Source: Thalia democratica
Lineage: Eukaryota
Assembly (NCBI GenBank): GCA_965202585.1
Contig: OZ241827.1
Coordinates: 57,660,001 to 57,724,000, forward strand
Length of the DNA stretch: 64,000 bases
Reading direction: 5' to 3'
Positions 1 through 12,600 of the stretch are shown one piece after another. Each line of letters begins with the position of its first letter. Within the stretch, counting starts at the first letter, position 1. Made by a program: the position numbers and the translations under genes. The notes under the pieces were generated by a model, which searched no databases, was not told where the DNA came from, and saw only the letters and a program-made list of their open reading frames with translations.

Positions 1-3000
1 TCTGCCTGCTTGTTATTGGTTGCGCAGCTGAGCCTTCATTTATGTGGCCTGCCTGGCTTGTTTCTCTTTTCATACAGCGTGTAGAGATAACTGTTCATAA
101 TAGCTAGTTTGATATGATTTATTTGTCATCATTTTGCATTGCTAAATTCTTTCTGTGAATGTTTTAACGGCTGAAAAGGGTTTGTTGAAAACATGTATTT
201 TGAAATTTTTGACTTGATTTTTAATATAACTTTTTATAGTTTTAAGTTGATCTCTCCAATAGTGCTTGACTGATTTAGTAAAATATCATTTATTTAATCA
301 ACCTTTAAGATCTACAAAAGATCTCAAAACTTCGTATTCATTAGACTATTTTTCTTGATTTTTTTAGACACTTGAAATATATAAAAATACTCTTAACACT
401 CTTAATAGATGTTGAGAACATTATAGAAACTTAGCTTAAAGTTAAATTAAGGTTTATGTTTGACACATATTACTATAAGCACAGTCTTCATAATAAAAAC
501 TATATATAAAAACAAGATGCTCAAAAGCTAATGCAAGTACATTTGTTTTGAAAATTTTTAAGCAAAAAAGCTCAATATAAAAACTGTCTTAACCTGTCTC
601 TTGCTTTATTGAAGAGCAACTGTTGTCTTTCACTAGTAATTTAATCTCTGAAATCTGCATGTCTGAAGAATTTCCCGACCTCAGTCGCAAACACCACTTT
701 TGTCGTTTATCTCCTCTGCTTTTGTTTTAATGGGGGCTTGAGAGGGATAAAGATTACGGCGAAATTACATCACAATCCATTCAAATCCCATCACAAATTG
801 CTCTCTAATGTCTCTCAGACGTCAGCAAATCCCCTGGTCGCTTGGCAAAACCGCTTTGTGTTTGTGCCCTTTACCCTGAAATTATGTAAAACAGTGTCAT
901 ATTGCGCCCACCGGACAGCTTCTCAGAAAACTGTGGCCAGGAATTAAATTTTTGTGCAAACATTATGACGCAACAATCGCTTACTGAGAAGGTGCATGTT
1001 AAACCATTCAGTATTAACTATGGGCCGAAACAAGTGAGAGCGTTTCTTAATACATTCCGTTTGTTTTTGGTAATTTTTCACTCTAGTTGAACCTCTGCAT
1101 GTAGGTTCAAGGAAGTTCCAAATCTGTCAAAACAGCGAGTTTAACGACGAACAATTAATGTTTCTAGTCATTAAAATCAAATTATTCAATTTAAAAACTG
1201 CCTTCCGAGTGTTTACGTACGTCCTTGTGTTTAGGTTTGTGTTAAAATTAAATGACTAAGCATGGTAATTTAATTAACGAATTCCAGCAAAATTCGGCAC
1301 AAAAACGTGATCGGAACAAAATAGGAAATGTTTTTGTTTTGTTTCGGCAACACTCTTATTTGTTTGGTAAACGGCAAACTGATAACAACTACTTTTTTAA
1401 ACAGTTTGCATGTTTGCGTTTTTTGTTGAAATGCGTACAGAAAGCACAAATAAGATAAAAATAAAAGTAAATTGATAACAACGCTGCTTATTTTCCCTTC
1501 AACTTTTTACTGAAGTGTACTAAAACATGATAACTGCAAACAATAAATCAATTAAAAGCGTTACGCATGAACAATGTCGAAGTTTTTTTTCTTTGAAACG
1601 TAAACATCAAATTTTATTTAATGCCTTTAGTGGCTTTTGTGGCCGATAAGTTTTGTTTTAGTACTTTTGGTTAAGCTCTGGGTTTTTATTAAAAAGTCAG
1701 ATTTGATATTTTATAAACAAATATTGATTTCTAATCAGTAAAGCTTTAAGATTTCAGTTTTAACATATACAAGTTTTAATTAAAAAATGAAGCCTGAAAG
1801 TGGCTTGGTTTGAAACAGTTTTATTGAAATTCTTTTTGAAGTATGCACACATAAATAATTTATAAGCAGTTTGAACTTTATAATCTGCTGCTGTAAAAAT
1901 GTGTTATGCAATAAATTTATTTTACAGTTTAATTCACTCATGTTAAATTTGCTGCAAACATTTTTGACGTCTTTCAAGAAAATACATTAATATAAGTGGC
2001 TACTAATCTTGATAGTTTGTGTTATAGAATAACTCAGCTTTAAGTGTTGATAACATTGGCATAAATACATTCATTTAGGCTGGGATTAATAAAAAAAAGT
2101 TAGCATGTTGGTTGAGAATAAAAACAAAGAAAACTTGCATATAAAACTAAAACTATAAATTATAAAACTCGCAAAAAACTTTAGACTCATTCAAATATAT
2201 GCAATTCGTAGATAAAAAAGTTAATTATAGTTTTTGTTAGTTGTTTTTAGACAAACTTTTTTTGAAAACTTCTATCAATAAAAGAACACATGAGATAAGT
2301 ATAAAAAGTACAAGAATAATTGAGAATCGTTTTAGAAGGAAGTTTCGATTTCTGTTAGGACATTTCTCACACTTGCTAAGCTCTGTATAAACTTTAGTAT
2401 TTAAAATTTATAGTTTTAAAAACGTTTACGTTAATAAAGTAATTGCATATAAAAGTTCCAGAAAACTGTCAGGTTATTTTTTCTAGATTTTATTTTATAA
2501 TTATGTCATACATGTTGTAAAACACGTTTATAAAAAACACATATTTTAAAAATTTTAATGTTTAAGTATGGACGATTATATTTAATATCAAAGTTAAAAA
2601 CAAAATTTACGAAATTCTTAAAATGTGTATTTTCATCATTGAATTTTGTAAAATAAATAAAAAGTAAATGTATTCCTCATATAAATATTTTAAGTTTCAT
2701 AACACACTTTAGTGCTTTAAAACAATTTAGAAAAGATACCACAAAAATATTTGTTAGCTTAATACCAACTGGTTTCAGACATTTTAAATTATAGTATTCA
2801 GTTTCACAGTATACCCTTTTACCTCTCAGATTTTACCTCATTTCATAATAAATTTATCAACTTAAATACGCTCTTATTTCAACTTTAGCGCATCTTCGTT
2901 AAAATCAAATTACCATTACCTTAAATGGATTTAGAGCAATTTTTGAATTTCGAACCGGTTTTTACGAGAAGCCAAGTATATGTTTGTGTAAAACATTTTG

Positions 3001-5856
3001 TAAACAAAAGCGTACGGAAATATCTTCTAATTCACAAAAACCTAGCTGAAACAAAAAGCTTGTGAACGCTTAAAAAAGTTCGTTACAAAGCTTCATTCTT
3101 CTTGCACGACAAAAAACCGATCATGCCATATGTCTTTTGCTAAGAAAAAAAAAGCACACACAGTTAAAAATATGCAAAGTATTTGATTGTGTTGATTTTT
3201 ATTGAGGCCGTAGTATCTCGCTCACAAAAGAGAAATTGCCAGGTTAAACTGATGTAAAGGAGCCCACTGTGCTCAGCTGTCTTGTTTTGCAGTTTGAACG
3301 TTAATACAGCAAAACACGTGCAATATGTGAGCATCTTTTCAGTTTTTTCGTTGCTCGAAACTCAAGCTTGCCTACTGCGGTTTGAATGAAACAAACGCTT
3401 AACACACGGATTAAATATAAATAAACGTTATTTGCATGCTAGTTTTTTTTTTGCCGAGAAATGAAAACAAAAGTTTTATATACAAACCGCTTTTGTCCCA
3501 AAAACTTGTTTGCTTAAACAGGTACCAAGCAAATATTTAACAGTGAATGAAACTGCACAGGTGACAAAAACACAAAAAAAAAAAACAACAGCTGTTGAAA
3601 AAAAACTATTAAAAAACCACAATGAAACAAAAAAATTCTTTATTTTTATCACCGCGCATTCATCCCACGCTTTTTGTTTACGGCGCGCGCTTTATAAGCA
3701 AAATTGAATTTTTTTCTGGTCAAAAATAATTCACTCCGTGATACGCGACCTTCGAATGCTTCCGTTCGCGGCAAGTTCATGGCTCAAATTTCTAATTTTA
3801 GTTTAAATATCAGCAGCATGAACAGCAGTGGCCTGTCAAGGCACGCGCGCAATTATAGTTAATTTATTTTTATTTTCTTTTAGTTAGAATTTTACTCAGA
3901 ATTTTCGCCATGCTGCGGATTTTACTTAATCTCGAGCCTTAAGCCTAGCATGTTGTTGGCTTTCTATTAACAATTTTGAATTTGTGTAAAGTTTTGTTAA
4001 ATATATTTCAACAGGCTTGTTAATACTTACAGTTAAGACGCTAATTAAGGAACAGACAAGCTTGAATATATTGTTAACTGCTTTTTTGCACTAACATGAA
4101 TTTTATTTCGAGTGTTGAAACAACTCAAAGCTATTACTTTGTCAATTAACCTCAATTAAAGAAAGTCTTTCTTTGGAAACACATCAGCTTCAAAGCTACC
4201 TAGGACGCCTGATGTTTACAAAACAGCAGTTTAGCAGCTAATTACGCTGAAATTTGCATTGAAATCATGTTAATAGCACCACGCAAGTCAGCCAAGGTTA
4301 TCTGCTTGTGAGATCTTATTTACAATTAATTTCCACAGTGATTAAATCAGCGAGCCACCTACTAACTCTTTCTCATCATCTCATCACTTCAACCGCTTCA
4401 ACTTTCTTGTGCTACTTTGCTACTTTATTTCGAAACGGTTTTTAATGCCATATATAATTTTGATCTGTATTTAATTGCAACACTAGCATATTGTGAAGTA
4501 GCTCTCTGCGAAAGGGAAAGGCATGGCGCGATTAAACTTTTAAATTTATATCTCATTTCAGTGGGTGGCACAGTTTGAAGTGCACTCGCTTTTGTGTTTG
4601 ATTCTAAAACTTTTCCTTTTTATCTCAGGGGCGTTACTCGCCTCTCGAAGAAGAATGAGATTAAGTCGCTTGACAGCTCCTTAAAAATTTTCACCACGAC
4701 AGCTTTGAAAACTTTCTTTTTATAAGATTCTTTCAGGGTCGAAGAATTTATTTCAGCTTCAAAACCCTTTCCAGACTTTTCATTTTTTCAAGCAACGGCA
4801 GACAAGCCCAAAGTAAAAATTCCCTGATGGTAAAAATTTTAAGTGCTTGAAAGGGAATTTCTAATGTAAACTGATGGCGTTTTTTGGGCTTAAACGCAAA
4901 ATTTTGAAAATAAAAAAAAACTATTTAAAAGGCACTCGAGTTGTGACAGAGAAGGATTGTGCGGTTGCAAGCGAATAAAAATAAAATAAAATTCAAATAA
5001 ACATTTGTCATTTCGCTGTAAACTCGTGACTGTTCGTGTAACGCCTACGCTTGTGATATTGTATACCCGGAGAAAGTTTTTTTGAACTTAAATAATATTT
5101 ATTTGCTTCTGGAATTTTTTTCTTTAGAAACATTTTTACAACGACTAATTCAAAATAAATTTCCGAGAAATAATACTTGTTTTTTTTTCATGGTCACATA
5201 CACTTAAATCTAATCTATTAATTACAAAAAAAAATCTAGTGCTTATACGTATTTTAATTAGATTCTCAAATAAAAAACTAAATTTGAAAAAAAAATCATT
5301 CTATTCATAGAAATATATTTTTAAATAAGCTTACAGGTGAATACTTGCTGCTATCTTACTTTTCTGTAGCGACCGAGCCAATTGAAAGTATTTGCTCTTC
5401 AAATAAAACGCGCTCCTAACTACAGCAATTAATAACTGTGTGCAAGATAACATCGTCTGCTGGTAAGTGACTGAGCAAAATGACAAGATATTACATGACA
5501 CTCGCTTTGTTATATATAGTGAAACAGCTTAAGTCTGAGAGACAATGGTGAAATTTTGACATTTTCCCATGTTTGATGCGATAACACATATTATGTTATG
5601 TTTAAAAGTAGGTCTTTCAATAATCGGTAATTATCAGTAATAACTTGAATTGGTAAAATTTTTGTTTTATTCACGAAAATGATTCTTTGTCGATTAATTT
5701 AATGCTTTTAAGTTTAAAAATAACCACGGTTCAGAAAATTGAAATTAAAGTTTCGGTTTTCGATGTTTTCATACTTAAAAGCTTGAAAGTATCTTTAATT
5801 TACATCAGTTTTAAATGAGTAAATATGTTAAAATATCTTTGTGGTATCATAAGCCC
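1..5856 (+). repeat. Segmental duplication copy A (upstream region of the ADAMTSL gene)
   Basis: Position 1 (tctgcctgcttgttattggttgcgcagctgagcc) recurs at 58140. Colinear similarity with small indels continues to gtggtatcataagc at about 5856 versus 64000. Confidence 0.97.
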
Positions 5857-6269
5857 ATCTGTCAGTACATGTTAAATGATTGATAGATTGTTAACAAATA
5901 CCTGATTTTATATGTCTGAATAATTGAAATTTTTCGTGCTCGTTTGCAGAAATTTAATGCTGCATTAATGGCACCCTAAGCAAAAAAATTATCAAACACA
6001 TCAAGTTTTTGTAAACAAAATTAATTGGGTTCTAAGTTATGAACTGGCTCAGTAGATTGATGTACTTTATTGCATGGTGTAAATAAAACCATGATAAGTT
6101 CGCATGAAAACATTGCGTGATAAATTATAACAAGCAAGTATTAGTTTACATTGAAACGCAAATTTAAAACCAGACAAGCCATTCACCTTCATAAACAATT
6201 AACAATCAGTAAACAAGATAATGCGCTCAATAAATTGCAAATTAAAGCGCGCAGATAAACACACAAAAT

Positions 6270-6607
6270 TTTATTTCGTAATTCGCGCGTAGTTTGCTCA
6301 TTTATTGAAGGTAAACACTATGTCGCTAATCGCCCGACAAAAAACAAAACAAAGTAGGTTACGCGGTCAACGTCGCCGTAAACAAAACTTGTCTTCGATA
6401 CAAAACAGTGATGTCACAAACAGAGGCTTTTGGCGGGTCTTTGTGACGTAACAACTTCTCACCACGTGCTGTTTGCTCGCCAACCCCCAGCAGCAGTGGA
6501 AGTTTGTGCGCGCAGTCACGCAAGTTTTTGTTTGTTGGAGCAATCACTTCTACCGCTTGCTTCTTTTTGTTCAACGATTTGTTTGAATTTTGAGGAATTT
6601 GAAATTT
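6270..6607 (+). promoter_or_regulatory. Proximal promoter / 5' UTR of the long ADAMTSL isoform
   Basis: CpG-rich patch in AT-rich DNA just upstream of the ATG. Contains E2F-like TTTGGCGG (6429), CRE-like TGACGTAA (6444) and E-box CACGTG (6463). Motif function is inferred only. Confidence 0.55.
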
Positions 6608-6652
6608 ATGAGATTATTGTGTGCCTGTGCAACTTTCCTTTTTGTTGTTTAC
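6608..6652 (+). CDS. ADAMTSL1/3: Exon 1 (proximal first exon, signal peptide [15 protein letters not shown])
   Basis: ATG plus hydrophobic run, then a phase-0 donor gttgat. Joins exon 2 ILVKA to complete a signal peptide. Confidence 0.7.
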
Positions 6653-9600
6653 GTTGATTTCAAGTGTTTTATAACGTTTGAATGGCTTTAAATGACCACT
6701 TTTCAAACAACAGGGGAATAAAAATTCCTTGCTTAAATATTTTTAAACATTTTTTAAACTAGAATTATTAAAAAATTTTAAAATAATAAAAGCTACACTT
6801 AAAACCATAAATTAAAGTAATTAAAAAAGTTATAATTGAGTTTCAAGAAGGTTTATGTAAAGCTAAGGTATTTTTTGATAGCTTATAAGTGACGGTTTTT
6901 TATAGAAAATAAACTTATAGTACTGACCATAAAGAATTAAAATATTTAAAAGTACAAAAATTAATTTATTCGGCAGGTGTAACATGAGCTTAGCGGCAAA
7001 AACATTTTTATTGGACTTAAATAATTGGCAAGTTTTTATTAATCTCACAGTTCATGATACCCCTTGTATTTCTATTTCTTTTCTATTTTTCATTAGAAAG
7101 TGATTGTATGAGCGTGATACCCCTTGTAATTAACTTTTAACTTTCTTGCAGATATTAGTCAAGGCAGATGAATTCGTGATGTCAGACGACGAGGATTATG
7201 ACGTGACAGGGGGAAGCGGCGATGATGAAGAGTGGCACAGCGCAGTCAAACATGTAAGATTGAAAAATTTTAAAGACTTTTTAAAGTATAAATGATTTTT
7301 AAAATATCTAAGAACATGTTTTTCATTTTTGTAATTTGTTGTTTTTCATATAATTGGATCTTTACATGTCGATTTATCATTGTAACGCATCAATTATTAT
7401 GATTAATTAATTTCAAATATCAATTATTGTTTAGTTTTTGAGCACTCAGAAATTTTTTATTGACCTACTAGTAGGTATTTATTATTTTATATTAATTGAA
7501 ATGTATATAGTGTTTGTAAATTGCATTAATTATATTTCATGTATTTAGTTTCTCATACAACATTGTTGGTTGTTACGTTTATAATGTCATTGAAAGTTTG
7601 TTTAGATTATTAAACAAATCTACAAACTTAAGTTGTAGTAAAATATTTAAAAATTAATTAAATGTAAATTCTAAATACCAACAGGTGCGCACTCTTTGGT
7701 CAGAATGGTCAACTTGGTCAGATTGTACAAAAACCTGTGGTTTTGGAATTTCTAAGTCTTCAAGATCTTGTTTAAATGGGTAAGAATTTTTTTTTTGATT
7801 TTAAATTTCTTTAGTTGTGGTGAATTATTAAACTTAAAAAAAAAAACTTTTTCTATAATTAAAGATCCAAAAATAAAATAAACACAATAAAATTCCCGTT
7901 AAATAAAAGTGTTTGATCTTTACAAATTGTTTGATCTAAGAAAAAAGCAAATTCATCAAAACATAAAGTTCGGTGTAATTTTTGTATAAAACATCTGTAT
8001 TACATTTGTATGCAACACTTTTAATTTTGCAATGTTAGTAAAAATCATAAAAAGTAAGTTATTCTGTAAAATGAAAGCTTTAAATAGGTTTGCTTGTTAT
8101 GTTATAAATTTTTAATAAAATAAGTTAAGATTTAAAAAGGCTCGTTTTTATTTAGTTTTAAAATTATTTAACGCAAGTGTTTTGCAGAACATGCATTGGA
8201 GAAAATCATAGATACAAACTATGCTCGACTGAGGTACGTTTTTTACCAACAAGTTACTAATATAAACTATTTGATCATAATAAGGTTAGTTATGTTGTTG
8301 TGAGTCATAAAAACCTGCAGACATAAGAAAAGCATTCATAAGCGCAAAGCAAACACTTTCCAGTGTGTTGGGGCCCAATAAGGGTATTAAAGTATTTGCA
8401 AGTTTCTTGATAACTGCGGTGCTTGAAAACAGTAGCCGGGTTTAAGTAAAGTTTAAAGTTTCACAACGTTTTGTTTGTAGAAGTTTTACCAAATCCTTGC
8501 ATCAACAAAGTCCATTATGCAGGCGTCCATTAAAGTTATTACCAGATAAGTTTTATGTATAATGGTGCCACGCTTTCAGCCCTATAGCGTAATTGTTACA
8601 CTGCTACTCTTTAAATAGTCATGATGTTCGTAATGTAAAAACATAGATTGAGGAAAAATTTAAAGTTAATTGTTATTTTAAGGTAATAGTTGAAAAATGT
8701 AATTAAAGCATGAAATCTTTTTGTATTAACTAGTTGTAAAAAAAAATTGTTAAGATACAGTTTAATATCATAAATATAGTTTGAGGTTGTTGATATAATA
8801 ACATATATAAAATAAAATCATTTAATTAAACAAATCTTATAAATTATATGCAGACAAAAAAGTTAAATTACACTCTTCTTTTATCAAAGCTTAAAGAAAA
8901 CATATTTAAAAAGGAAGCTACTTTTAATTCTAAATTAATTTTATTTGCTGGATTGATATAACATATAATTAAAAGAGGATCTTATTAAAAATACTTCATT
9001 TTATATAGTTTATAAACGTAGAATAAAAAAATAAATTCTAGATAATTTGTATTAAAAACATAAGCAAATTTCATTATTAAAATATAAATTGCAGGACTGC
9101 CCGCAGTTCTCTGTAAGCTTCAGACAACGCCAGTGCGAAAGTTTCAACTCGGCAACTCAAAAGTGGACGCTTCCCGTGCTGACCGCCTCCGACCTCATCG
9201 ACCACAGGCTGCAGAAGGACCTCAACTCCCACTGCTCGCTCCACTGCAGGTCGAGCGTGACGGGTATGGTTGCCATGGTAACCGACAAGGTTGTTGACGG
9301 AACCCGTTGCCAGGTGCAAAGGAGTTTCGGGGTTTGCATCGAAGGAAAATGCGAAGTGAGTGAATAAATAATTTTAATACTTCAGGATAGGCTTTAAAGT
9401 TTTCTCTTTATAAAATAATTTAATAAATTTCTAAAAACGCTTTTCATCACAATATTAAACAACGTATAAAAATCATGTTTTAAACAATCGTGTGCTTTGT
9501 TGTTCGCCTGAATTTGAAACAGTATAAAAATAAACGAGTTTTTAATCAGCCTTCTGATAGACACCCACAAATTTATATCTAAATTTTTAATTGTTTAGAC

Positions 9601-12600
9601 TAAATGGAGTACAAAGTTCACATTTTCTCCTTTGGCAATCAATTATAAAAACAGTTTTTTTTAAACGCTGGATTTCCTTGCGCACTTGAAACGAAAAGTT
9701 CGTCTTTTTATATCAAGTTGGGTTGGTGTGAGAAGTATTTGAGAATTTATTTCAAAGCAAAAAACTCCAGCTCTCTTGATTAAAATACCGTTCGGATTTT
9801 TGTAAATCTACCAAAAGTTCCATCAGTTTAATTAGGCTGTTAAGTGCATTTTTTTTGCTTTCAATAAAGTTGACAACTGTAATCTCCATTGTTTGATTTT
9901 TTTGTTCTTTTGGTTGTTTTAAACAAAAAAGTTGTGGTTGCGAATAATTAGCAACAACACAGCGTTCATAAAGAGATTGCGTGTATCTTGTTTGGTGAAA
10001 ATTATAAACATAATAAATCGCTTCATTCACGTGATTACTGTTCCCATCATTAACTTTTTGTCATATAATTTATTCAACCTTATATGGTTCACAAAGTAAA
10101 AAATAATACATTACTTTATCATTATGCTTATAAAATTATGAATAAAAAGTTGGAGTAGTTTACGATTTTAAACAAATGATGAAAAGGAAAAATTGGTTCT
10201 AAGCAAAAACTAAAAAAAAAAGGAAAAACTGTAATTGAAACAAAAATTTTTTGGTTTGTTTGCTAAATCATTTGTTTAACATAAATGCGATAACAATCAT
10301 GTTATTTTGCAATTTATATGTCTATGCGGTCTGCATATGTGATTTGTTAATGTAAATGTTTGCTTTATTAAGTCGTGAACTGAAGTTATTTTAGCGGAAA
10401 TTCAGAAACAATTGCATTGAGTTGAGATTTTTTTCGATTTAACACGATTTAAAACGTGTTACAGAGGTCGAAATTAAATTATTCGGAATAAGCCATAGCC
10501 AAGTTAGGAACAGCAAAAAAAAATTCTTACTGGTGTGTGTTTATTATACATACCGATGTCATGTTTTGTCGTTTTGTAATCACAAGACGCGATTACTCTT
10601 GTTTATAACTTCAGTAGTAGCTGAAAACATTGTGTAAAAAATACAGTGAGAAAAAAGCACATTTTTGCAAGAAGCTGTCTCTGAGTAATTCTAACTAAAC
10701 AATACCGAATGCTGTTTAAACAATAGTATTTGCACAAGTTGTTAAGATATAGCACAACCGGATATTTTGTTTGTGTTTTCTAGTTTGTTTGCTGAAAACT
10801 TTACTGTTGTAGTCATCTTGAGTCATACAGAAACTTGAAAGCCATAAACAAATGCTAAGAACACTTGTGTTCAGGATGTTTTTTACTTTAACAAAGTTAT
10901 ACTTTAAACAGGGTTTTATAATTTCTAAGAAACCTTTGATCTACTATACCTTCGGTTGTTGCTTTTTTTTAATGAACTAATTATGCAAAATGTATAAAAT
11001 TTATTTTGAAAATCTAAAGAATGGAAGTAAGTATAAGTTTAATTATTACTGTATTTTTCAGCTTTTAGTTTAAAAAACTATATTCAGTACATAAAAGTAA
11101 AAAAAAAATCTTTAATGAGTTTCTAAATTTGTTTTTTACATTAAATAACACAACAAGCTATTTATTACTATTGAAACTTTTTATTACATAAAAAAAAAAA
11201 TTTTCTACTCCACAGCGAGCGGGATGCGACGGAGTTTTGTATGGAGGAGAAGTTTTTGACGAGTGCGGAGTTTGCGGAGGAGACGGAAGTTCATGCAGAT
11301 TGATCAGCGGTATTGTGACGTCATCAAGCGATAGTGGTACATAGTAAGAAATTATATAACTGTGCTCGTTGTTCTTTGAAGAATATGCAAGTACTTGGTA
11401 TTATATACATAGGTTATAAAAGAAGTGTGTTTAAAAGATTACTGATCAGCATTGAAGATTAAAACAAAGATGTGTAGTTAGTATTAAATATATTTTTCAA
11501 TTACAAATAAATGTTTTTAAAATTTGTGCGAGATACGTTTTGCATGAATTTAATTAACTTTGAATTAAAAAAAATATTTTTTAATTATAAAAAAAGCGTG
11601 ATATTGCTAGAAATAAAAAAAAAATATCTAAACTGCAAATCCAAAGAAAATTCTCTCAATCTCTTAATAATGTTGAAAATTTTATTAAATAATAACGTAG
11701 CAAAAAAGAAGTTATTTCTAAAACATTGAAGCAGTAATGTAAATTAATGTGTTTTCAATTGTATGAAGAGTATAAACCTAATGATTTATAATATTCTACG
11801 AAGTGCATACTTAGAAAATACTTAAATTGAGTTTTAAATCAGTTTACAAGGCTATTAAACTGTATTCAACTCCTTAATCATCGTAAGTTACACTTTTTTA
11901 TACTGCTAGTAGTATTCTAACTATTTTAATAGTTACTTGTTTTAGTTCCAAGCACGGACGTAGCTGTTACGTATCTGCAAAAAACTAAAACATCTGAAAT
12001 GACGCGGGAAACGTCCTAAAGGGAAAACAGCAATTTAAAATACCTCTAATTTTATTGAATTTAATATGAAAACATGCAGTTATGTTGATTCTTTAAAGTT
12101 AAAGTATCGAAGTATGAGTGATAACTGTATACAAGGCATTTTATTTTGCTCCACACTCCCTATGACTCTTTATGTGTTGCCACTTGTGTAAACCAATAAA
12201 ACTTGCTTTGAAAATAAGTATAAAAATCACAATTTAACTCAAAAACAATTGTATTAATTAAAATCAAACATTTAAGGTAGTCAATAGAAATGTTTTTAAA
12301 TTATGCAAATTTTTGTAACACAAAATTGTTTTATTTTGATTTTTGAAAAAAAAGCTACAGTTTCCATTAGAATCAATTTTGCAATGCAGCTTTTTGACAA
12401 ATTAAATCTCTAAGGCGCTAAATTTATACAATTTAGATGCATTTAATTCGTTTAATTTTTACGACACTAAAAATGCTAGAGAATACATACATGTCGAAAT
12501 TATCTCCTAGGAGTGCATAACTAAGTTTAAATGAATACTTAAACCTAAGAAAGCAGAGTCTTTTCAAGCTGAAATAAAAGAAAGTTTTTTTGCACATAAG

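Noticed and set aside
902-1090. 62-aa ORF preserved in both duplicate copies (also 59043-59231), with a phase-0 gtgaga donor after 1033
   Set aside because: Preservation is expected at such high local identity. No domain or signal peptide, and the listed start is TTG.
3836-3852. CAAGGCACGCG similar to miR-124
   Set aside because: Only 10 nt match and no precursor hairpin.
4626-4640. CAGGGGCGTT resembling the hAT MITE TIR
   Set aside because: No partner TIR or TSD found, and it is altered in copy B.
4620-4800. Minus-strand open frame of about 55 codons
   Set aside because: The paralogous copy has a stop and indels in this frame, so it is not under coding constraint.
5455-5470. Strong donor-like ctg|gtaagt
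   Set aside because: Absent from copy B and no upstream coding frame.
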